A DNA stretch of 64,000 nt, taken from UHGV virus genome UHGV-0209088; one strand, given 5' to 3'. The notes beneath the pieces are model-generated. The model was not told the DNA's origin and searched no databases. It saw only the letters and a program-made list of their open reading frames with translations. Positions 55,001-61,320 of this stretch are shown piece by piece (positions within the stretch are counted from its first letter, which is position 1; the number at the start of each line of letters is the position of its first letter). A program made the translations under genes and the position numbers. The DNA is from a virus.

Positions 55001-56121
55001 CGCTGGCTGAGACGCTGATTGCGCGCAAGAACGACCTGATCGCGAAGTACCCGAAGTCCGTGAAGGTCAAGAAGAAGCGCCTCGACCCGGAAAACCTGCC
55101 GGTGAAAGAGGATCGCCTGCCGAAAGAGCACGACTTCGCCAACTGGAACGGCCCGGGCGCCGGTCTGTCAGGGAAGGCTCACGTCAACGCCGCCAACCAG
55201 AAGGTTGAGAGCGAGATGCTGGCCATCGCGAAATCGGGCAACCTGACCAAGCTGAAGGACTACAAATTCCAGCCGGTTGACATTGCCACGGGCGAACCGA
55301 AAGGCGAACCGATCCCGGTGGGCCAGCACCCGTCGAAGCATGTGCAGCAGTTCCACCAGGACCTGATTCAGGCGCTGGATGAAATCGCGAACCCGCCGCA
55401 GCCGCTGAAGATCTTCCAGGAATCCGACCTGAACACGTTGGATGAGCTGGATATGGCCTTCCCGTCGAAGAAATTCGGCACGACGGTCAACGCCGTTCAT
55501 TCGAACGAGAAGATGGGATTTTGGGTGGTTCTCGGCGGCGTCCACAAGGCGGCCGAGAAGTTCATGCCGAAGAAGATCACCCACTTCACCACTCAGGCTA
55601 TCGACGCGGCCTACCAGAAGTTCAAGGAGGGTTCGAAGCTGGCGAAGCACTTCGTTCTCTCCGTGCAGGCGTCAGGCAGCTACAACGACCTGTTCCGCGA
55701 GGGCAAGGAGACGGACCACGCCGGGAACAAGCTGTCTGATGTGGCGAAAGCCGCGATGGAGTTTGCCACCGAGCAGCCGGAAGGGACGACCGTCTACCGC
55801 TGGCAGCACATGACCAAGGACATGGTGGACAAGATCATGAGCGCGCCGGACGGTACGGTGTTCCAGGCGACCGGCCCTATGTGTACCTCGATGTCGCCTA
55901 CGGCCACCTCGCACTTTGGCCCGCACCGGATCACCATCCATTACGCGAAGGGTGCGAAGGCGGTCGAGAGCTTCGGATCCGGCAAGTTCGCGGGCGAGAA
56001 GGAAGTCACAACGTTACCGAACAGCCGGTTCGTCATTCTCAAGAAAGAGATGGTCCCGGCTGGCAGCGGGAAACGCATGGAGCTGGAAGTGCTTATGCTT
56101 CCGCCTGACCTTGGGTTATAA
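52054..56121 (+). CDS. giant multidomain protein (1355 aa): N-terminal tandem repeats, kinase-like motif set, C-terminal ADP-ribosyltransferase-like (R-S-ExE) domain
   Basis: Repeated ~45-aa modules ending NTYGKK; Pro/Glu/Lys-rich PEPK linkers; GGQGGSNPGGKF / WYCKF / DAWLAN / RVDAGG (kinase-like); VYRW ... CTSMS ... AGEKEV (Arg-Ser-ExE ART triad). Start codon uncertain (TTG at 52054 or ATG at 52069). Confidence 0.45.
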   Translation: MRPVCMRLVLLKAQKFANQAGYYLLNGRWHKTSQDKPAPKGAPVSAHPHSAGKPVAKETLADHEWQQLQLPAENVNAKTFNKQLDQLKAAAVAGDVTGILGSGYGTNTYGKKLAIIANHVLGLLGSDHKVTPGQKAGTHAAVQTAPEIEAEAPAPKPEPKAEPEPKAEEKPAAPAPEKKADAELAVPEFAEGKQAKGVKAHYEKVAKKIIRAAKAGDLSALQFMAKPDQTSWKGKTDNSKKLIALHQAAIAYAQANKPAGKDIQHPDAEKQAAKEAKELAKEQGTPEKAPEPEKKPKPAKAEEPKFTDKGTLANPSGYGKTFANLKQANAAAEKLKAQGHDVYVTAQHPYQVKLNKPEPKQEAKPDPKPEPAKQETKEQPKGDAAGKLSQIPWDNLLLPDSNKNAKSHNKQVAKIKAMAEAGDIEGLKNFKAGTNTYGKKQNLLAQTALAALEESAPAPKAEEKAAPDEKPKAAEPAANGLPKKPDNAGKWQDTVDALEGWAKSGNLTEAESMYYDLYSLVDEMPDAMPILHYAQDVVSHIKKAGAEQGGKPQKPTGLTSVHWNSTVNEIEAQMEAGNEAYLQTKVEQTAGLASAEAKSVHDYAVGALGFVQDQKQGNSASTENDGPMEGETKQGANGTLVFHNGRWHKQGDEKAAEKPAPAGPADVEIPTFNGPNATHNAWLQKAAEALKEKVVSEGKDGLKQPLTNHKNGSVTVNIAGVKVGKASVTSSNPAIAKFAQFVDELKASVGKVKKAKPAPKATQAPAPAAEPEQPKQLESMDSWTQTGGQGGSNPGGKFKDENGVEWYCKFPENDHIAKAEVLAAKLYSALGLNAQDAKLVTKDGKVGIASRWVNVKKASPKELAQTPGVLEGFAADAWLANWDVVGLGFDNLQVDDQGHAMRVDAGGSLMYRAQGSKKAFGEHVTELDSLRDPKINPQAAAVFGQMSEADITASVAKVAQISDAQIRIMVNNFGPGDKAERKALAETLIARKNDLIAKYPKSVKVKKKRLDPENLPVKEDRLPKEHDFANWNGPGAGLSGKAHVNAANQKVESEMLAIAKSGNLTKLKDYKFQPVDIATGEPKGEPIPVGQHPSKHVQQFHQDLIQALDEIANPPQPLKIFQESDLNTLDELDMAFPSKKFGTTVNAVHSNEKMGFWVVLGGVHKAAEKFMPKKITHFTTQAIDAAYQKFKEGSKLAKHFVLSVQASGSYNDLFREGKETDHAGNKLSDVAKAAMEFATEQPEGTTVYRWQHMTKDMVDKIMSAPDGTVFQATGPMCTSMSPTATSHFGPHRITIHYAKGAKAVESFGSGKFAGEKEVTTLPNSRFVILKKEMVPAGSGKRMELEVLMLPPDLGL

Positions 56122-56142
56122 TGTATATTATTTGAGGAATAG

Positions 56143-56643
56143 ATTATGACCGATAAGAAAGAGATCGAGGGCACGCCGGAACGCGCCGCCGACCGCGGGC
56201 GCGAGGTGGATCTCGGGTTCAGCATGGACCCGCGCCCCTCTCTGGGTAATGCCGATGTTGTGCGCGAGCTGGTGTCGAAATTCGGCTCCGAAGTCGTGGC
56301 GGTCCGCCGTGACTACCTGGAAGACAAGCTGACCGGGCCGGAGGCTCAGGCCCGCATCCGCGACCTGGCGCGCGATTACGGCGCCATTGTCATGGGGCGC
56401 GACGCAGACTATTTCTCGCTGCCATGGAACAGCGAGGCCCGGCTTGGCCGCCGCATCAAGCTGGTTGTGCCGGCTGTCGAGGGCGTGAACGATCCCGGCG
56501 AGCTGCTGTTCCTGACCGTGGGAACCTCCCTTTCGAGTCTGGCGGCAAGCCACGAAGCTGGCCGGGTGACCGATAAAGAGGCCGAGCACCATACCAAGGA
56601 CATGCTCGAGGATACCGCCAATCTGATACTGGGGCTGCGCTGA
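56143..56643 (+). CDS. hypothetical protein (165 aa), candidate partner or immunity protein of the giant protein
   Basis: Begins 21 nt after the giant gene and is coupled (ATGA) to the NUDIX gene. Confidence 0.3.
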   Translation: MMTDKKEIEGTPERAADRGREVDLGFSMDPRPSLGNADVVRELVSKFGSEVVAVRRDYLEDKLTGPEAQARIRDLARDYGAIVMGRDADYFSLPWNSEARLGRRIKLVVPAVEGVNDPGELLFLTVGTSLSSLAASHEAGRVTDKEAEHHTKDMLEDTANLILGLR

Positions 56644-57413
56644 TGGACTTCCTGAAAGCTCACGTTAAGGGCTACTCTCGCCGGGACGGCACCTATGTCC
56701 CGCCGCACGAGCGCAAGGACGGGCCGGGTGCAGCACCGGAGAAACCGGTCTACCACCACCCGCGGCTGAGCGAGAACGGCCACAAGGTGCAGATCAAGAA
56801 CCCGACGCACGCTTCATCCCACACCACCTGGCACAACCCGAAGGCGGTGGCCACGTTCGTGCCGAACGGCGATGTGCCTGCCTCCCTCAACGGCGTCGCG
56901 CTGACCAGATGGAAGAACCCGCCTCGCACTCTGGAGGGCTGGGACTACGTGGACGGCGTGAACGATGACCTGCAGGAACCGCCGTTTCACCTGCCCGATG
57001 GCAAGCACGCGAGCTCAGGCGTCATCATCGAAGAGCCTGACGGGCGCGTCTGGGTGATTTCCCCCACCAACCAGTTCGGCGGCTACGAGGCCACGTTCCC
57101 GAAAGGGACGGCGGAGCCGGAGCTGTCGCTGCAGGCCAACGCCATCAAAGAGGCGTTCGAAGAGTCCGGCCTGAAGGTGGAGATCACCGGCTTTATCGGG
57201 GATTTCGAGCGCACCACGTCGGTGGCGCGGATGTACAAGGCCCGACGCATCGGCGGGTCGCCGGTCCATATGGGCTGGGAAACCCAGGCGGTCCACCTCG
57301 TTCCCAAAGAACAAATGTACAAATTACTCAATATGTGGCCGGATCATCCCATAGCTGAAAGTATTGGCGCTGGTAAAGCACCAGTAAAGCCAAGTAAAAA
57401 AATTGTGGAATGA
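56643..57413 (+). CDS. NUDIX hydrolase with an ~110-aa N-terminal extension
   Basis: Nudix box GTAEPELSLQANAIKEAFEESGL (Lys in place of the usual Arg in the REUxEE core). Confidence 0.6.
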   Translation: MDFLKAHVKGYSRRDGTYVPPHERKDGPGAAPEKPVYHHPRLSENGHKVQIKNPTHASSHTTWHNPKAVATFVPNGDVPASLNGVALTRWKNPPRTLEGWDYVDGVNDDLQEPPFHLPDGKHASSGVIIEEPDGRVWVISPTNQFGGYEATFPKGTAEPELSLQANAIKEAFEESGLKVEITGFIGDFERTTSVARMYKARRIGGSPVHMGWETQAVHLVPKEQMYKLLNMWPDHPIAESIGAGKAPVKPSKKIVE

Positions 57414-57425
57414 TCTATTGTAACC

Positions 57426-57443
57426 TTAATCATTTTTGAGTAA
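57426..57443 (+). promoter_or_regulatory. degenerate palindrome TTAATCA-TTTT-TGAGTAA
   Basis: Same family as TTRCTCA-N4-TGAGYAA, abutting the terminator. Confidence 0.35.
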
Positions 57444-57446
57444 GCT

Positions 57447-57485
57447 AACCCTCGTCAGGTAAACAACTAACGAGGGTTTTTTATT
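57447..57485 (+). terminator. rho-independent terminator
   Basis: CCCTCGT...ACGAGGG hairpin followed by TTTTTTATT. Confidence 0.55.
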
Positions 57486-57884
57486 ATGTGGATCATGCTG
57501 AACAATGCTTTCATTTCTGTAGTCGATAAAGCGCCGAACCCTGAACAGCTCGTGGTTCGTGCTCGTGTGGAAGGCCACATCGAGGCGGTATTCCCGCAGG
57601 CTGAGGTCATCCGTGATGCGTCCGGCGACTACCTGTTCCGGGCCTTCATTGACCGCCGTGTTGTGGCGGCTGCGATGCAGCGCGCGGTAATGGACATCGA
57701 CTACCCGAACTTCAAAAACAGCATCAAAGACGACCGCTACCACGATGCCTGTTCCAGCGTCTGGGGTGTGATGTCACGGTTGCAGCCGGTTCGCCCGTAC
57801 TCCGGTCGTCCATCCCGCAACTATGACCTGTTTGGCGCTGGCGGCGCTGGCAAAACTTCAACCCGCGCGAAAAAGGCTCGCTAA
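57486..57884 (+). CDS. hypothetical protein (132 aa)
   Basis: ORF starts right at the terminator's T-tract with no Shine-Dalgarno; start uncertain. Confidence 0.3.
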   Translation: MWIMLNNAFISVVDKAPNPEQLVVRARVEGHIEAVFPQAEVIRDASGDYLFRAFIDRRVVAAAMQRAVMDIDYPNFKNSIKDDRYHDACSSVWGVMSRLQPVRPYSGRPSRNYDLFGAGGAGKTSTRAKKAR

Positions 57885-59632
57885 TGAACGCTGTAGTCCA
57901 GAACCTGCACGGCGAGCTGGTCGATGGCATGGAGTTCTTCGCTCCGGCCTCGACCGACCTGCTGGACAGCCTGCTGGGGCAGTACAAGCAGCTCCGGGCC
58001 GACATCGAAATGATGGCAGGGCTGGTAACCACTCACCACGCGTCAGTTTACCATTTCCTGAACGGGAACAGAGGCGACCGCGACCGCACCCATCGTAGCG
58101 TGGCGGAGATCTTCAAGCTGGAAGGTGCCATCGGCAGCCTGAACGCTGAGTTCTGGTCGAAGGCGCTCAAATTGACCGACGTGTACGAGTACATGCCCAA
58201 CAACCGGCGCGAAGAGTGGAACGAGCAGATCCGCAACCCGCTGGGGGTGAAAGCTCCGCGCATCAGCGATTACGATTTACGCCATGGCGTAGAGCAGAAG
58301 GAATGGACAGTCGCCCCTCTGCCAGATTTCGAGGAAGAGGCGGTGCGTCCTACTATCATGGCGCTGCTCAATGCGCGCCAGCAGTTCTTCTCTGAGCGCG
58401 TTGACGGGATTTTCCGCGCGCTGTCCGGCGAGCATGTGACGAACCGCCCTGAAGGCTTCGGGAAGCGCATGATCCTCGCCCGCGTCTTCAACGAGTGGGG
58501 CAGCACAGACTACAAAATGGCTGGCTACATTCACGATTTGCGCATCGTGATCGCCAAGTTCATGGGCCGCGACGAGCCAAATGGGTGGGCACCGACCGAC
58601 GCCGCTCTGCTGGCAGCACGTCGCCGCCCTGGCGAGTGGTTAACGATTGACGGCGGCGCGCTGCGCATTCGTGGCTATCTGAAGGGTACGGCGCATCTGG
58701 AAGTTCACCCAGAAATGGCTTGGCGTCTTAACTGCATTCTGGCGCAGCTCTACCCGCTGGCGATCCCGCCGCAGTTCCGCCAGAAGCCGAAGCGCAAGCT
58801 CAAAGACTTTGTGATGATGGGCAAGCCGTTGCCGTTCGCGGTGCTGGGAGTGCTCGCAGGGATGAAGGCCGAGAAGCATACGCCATGGCGTGCTGATCGC
58901 TGGGAAGAACCACGCCAGCCTCTCACCACTAACCCGTTCAACCGTCGATTTGAATGGCGTGATGAGGGTAAGGCCGTCCTTTCTCAGGCTGAAAAGGTGC
59001 TGGAGAGTATCGGCGGCGTGAAGGTGATGGCCGGGCCGAAACAGAATATCGCGATCTGGGAGTTCGACTATGAGCCGGGCAGCGTTCTGGACGAGATTAT
59101 CGCGTCTGGCTGCATACCAGACCATCAATCGCACCAGTATTACCCGACGCCTGATGGTCTGGCGGAACTGGCCGAGAGCATTCTCGAAATCGGCCCCGAG
59201 CATAAGTGTCTGGAGCCGAGCGCAGGGCAGGGCGGTCTGGCGAAGTACATGCCAGCCGAGCGCACGACCTGCGTGGAGATCTCCAAGCTGCATTGCAAGG
59301 TGCTGGAGGCGAAGGGCTTCAACGTGCAGCAGGCAGATTTCATCGCGTGGGCGGATACCGTCAAATACCCGATCTTCGATCGCGTTCTGATGAACCCGCC
59401 GTTCTCCGAAGGCCGGGCAAAGGCTCACGTAGAGGCCGCTGCCTCGCTGGTGAAGAAGGGTGGCCGTCTTGTGGCGATCCTGCCGTCAGGGATACGCAAT
59501 ACCGATATCCTGCCGGGCTGGGATGTGAGCTGGACGCAGGTATTTGATAATGAATTCGGCGGCACGTCCGTCTCGGTGGTCATCCTGAAGGCTGACCGTA
59601 AAGCAGATAACCGGAAGGCTTCGGCCCTCTAA
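57884..59632 (+). CDS. large fusion: ~400-aa N-terminal domain of unknown function plus a C-terminal amino (N6-A-type) DNA methyltransferase
   Basis: C-terminus has motif I LEPSAGQGGLAKY and motif IV NPPF (MNPPFSEG). Confidence 0.6.
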   Translation: MNAVVQNLHGELVDGMEFFAPASTDLLDSLLGQYKQLRADIEMMAGLVTTHHASVYHFLNGNRGDRDRTHRSVAEIFKLEGAIGSLNAEFWSKALKLTDVYEYMPNNRREEWNEQIRNPLGVKAPRISDYDLRHGVEQKEWTVAPLPDFEEEAVRPTIMALLNARQQFFSERVDGIFRALSGEHVTNRPEGFGKRMILARVFNEWGSTDYKMAGYIHDLRIVIAKFMGRDEPNGWAPTDAALLAARRRPGEWLTIDGGALRIRGYLKGTAHLEVHPEMAWRLNCILAQLYPLAIPPQFRQKPKRKLKDFVMMGKPLPFAVLGVLAGMKAEKHTPWRADRWEEPRQPLTTNPFNRRFEWRDEGKAVLSQAEKVLESIGGVKVMAGPKQNIAIWEFDYEPGSVLDEIIASGCIPDHQSHQYYPTPDGLAELAESILEIGPEHKCLEPSAGQGGLAKYMPAERTTCVEISKLHCKVLEAKGFNVQQADFIAWADTVKYPIFDRVLMNPPFSEGRAKAHVEAAASLVKKGGRLVAILPSGIRNTDILPGWDVSWTQVFDNEFGGTSVSVVILKADRKADNRKASAL

Positions 59633-59641
59633 GGAATATGT

Positions 59642-60043
59642 GTGAACAATGAAGAACTGGCAGCGCAGGTTTCTGCGCTGCACATCCAGCCGGGCACAGT
59701 GGTGGTTCTGAGCCTGAATCTGGACGCTGATAATTTCGAAGCGGCCAAAGCCATGGCGGAGCAACTGCGCATGGCTATCCCAGAACAAAACAAACTCCTT
59801 GTGCTCCAGCGCCCGGCAGAAATTCAGGCGCTGGATGAAGCACAGATGCGCGAGCTGGGGTGGGTGCGCTGGGAGAAGGTAGAGCCGCTGATCGGGTGCG
59901 CTGAGCTGCTGGCTGACAATCTTCGCCGCGACGCCGAGAACGTGTCTGATGACATGGAAGCGGCTGGAATGGAGCGCCACGCCGATAACATTGATGCTCT
60001 GGTGCGTCAGGTCAAAGGCACCCAGCCGGAGCTGCCGCTATGA
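59642..60043 (+). CDS. hypothetical protein (133 aa, GTG start)
   Basis: AAGGAA Shine-Dalgarno. Confidence 0.3.
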   Translation: MNNEELAAQVSALHIQPGTVVVLSLNLDADNFEAAKAMAEQLRMAIPEQNKLLVLQRPAEIQALDEAQMRELGWVRWEKVEPLIGCAELLADNLRRDAENVSDDMEAAGMERHADNIDALVRQVKGTQPELPL

Positions 60044-60303
60044 GCAAATACGACCGCACCATCATTGGCCGCGATGCCAGAGGCAATCCGGTAGCCGTCA
60101 CGGTCGATGTCTACCGCGTTCTGGACGCGTTCGATGTAACCGACCCGGCATTGCAGCACCTCGCGAAGAAAGCGCTGTGCGCTGGCCTGCGCGGGCATAA
60201 AGACCTGGGTCAGGATCTCAAAGACATCCTGCTGTCTGCTCAGAAGGCACTCGCTTTGCACCTCGACAAGCAGGAGCTGGTGGAGGTGCCCCATGGGGAC
60301 TAA
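60040..60303 (+). CDS. hypothetical protein (87 aa)
   Basis: ATGA overlap. Confidence 0.3.
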   Translation: MSKYDRTIIGRDARGNPVAVTVDVYRVLDAFDVTDPALQHLAKKALCAGLRGHKDLGQDLKDILLSAQKALALHLDKQELVEVPHGD

Positions 60304-60559
60304 AACCATCTGGGACGGCGAGCAGCTGCCGCCGACAGGCTGCGAGGTGCTGATCCACCTGGCGAGCGTGGACAAGTGGGTGCCGTATACCGTGGAAGGC
60401 TTCACTATCAAGAAGCAGCCCGAGGGTTACGACCAGTACACGATCCATGTCACCGTCTATCGGACAGAAGGCGGCAAGAAGATCACCAATTGCCGCCTGC
60501 TGGGGGATATTCGCCCGGTGGACTGGCGGGAAGGGGAAGGGATCAGCTCCCAAGGCTGA
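60293..60559 (+). CDS. hypothetical protein (88 aa)
   Basis: ORF. Confidence 0.3.
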   Translation: MGTKTIWDGEQLPPTGCEVLIHLASVDKWVPYTVEGFTIKKQPEGYDQYTIHVTVYRTEGGKKITNCRLLGDIRPVDWREGEGISSQG

Positions 60560-60615
60560 ATCTGCGCACGAAATCCGCCAGTGCTTTCAATGGCTGGCGG
60601 CACAAATCCACGAGA

Positions 60616-60635
60616 TAGGGCGCTCATAGGGCGCA
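60616..60635 (+). promoter_or_regulatory. TAGGGCGCt-ca-TAGGGCGCA direct repeat
   Basis: Abuts the Shine-Dalgarno of the gene at 60646. Confidence 0.5.
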
Positions 60636-60645
60636 GGAGAAAGGA

Positions 60646-61047
60646 ATGAGCAATTTTAGAGGTGAAAAATTAAACCCCCTGGAAGTGATAAAGCAACAGA
60701 TTGGTATTACTTGCGACCATATCACTTATGACCCGACACTGAGAAAATCAAAATCCCAGTACCAGAGAATCCGCCAGTGCTCACATGACGGAACGATGAT
60801 CTTCACATGCGAATTGCTGGCAGATACCCTGCTGGACCTCATAAATATGCGGTCGTATGCCAAGAACTTCCCACCAGAAGAAGGAAAAACGGTTGTGGGA
60901 ATCAAGTACACGGTAGGTTCTCTTTGGCTTAGCACTGTTTGGGGAACGGTAGAATTACCAGCGGGAACATACCCCGGGCAATGCCAGCGCACCAGAATGT
61001 CTGTTGTCTGCGAATACATTTACGCAGAAGCACCGCAGCCGGAATAA
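60646..61047 (+). CDS. hypothetical protein (133 aa), AT-rich moron
   Basis: GC content clearly below that of its neighbours; Cys-containing. Confidence 0.35.
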   Translation: MSNFRGEKLNPLEVIKQQIGITCDHITYDPTLRKSKSQYQRIRQCSHDGTMIFTCELLADTLLDLINMRSYAKNFPPEEGKTVVGIKYTVGSLWLSTVWGTVELPAGTYPGQCQRTRMSVVCEYIYAEAPQPE

Positions 61048-61052
61048 CGCTT

Positions 61053-61283
61053 ATGACCCCGCAGGTCGAAAACGCCCTACGCTCTGTGGCAAGGGAATGC
61101 CGCAAAGCCGTGCTGGAGGCCATCGAGGATAAGCCAAAGGCGCAGCACGACGCCATAACTACCGCGCTGCTGGACCAGTACGCCACGCGCATCAAATCCC
61201 TACCGCCTGGCACATTCTCTGCGAAGCTCTGGCTGGTCTACTACATCCGCCTCATCGATAAGGAAGCACGGGGTAAGTCGTGA
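61053..61283 (+). CDS. hypothetical protein (76 aa)
   Basis: Start set at the internal Met of track ORF 60939..61283. Confidence 0.3.
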   Translation: MTPQVENALRSVARECRKAVLEAIEDKPKAQHDAITTALLDQYATRIKSLPPGTFSAKLWLVYYIRLIDKEARGKS

Positions 61284-61320
61284 CAGCACAATGGCGTAAA
61301 TTTCTGAGGACTTTTACGCC

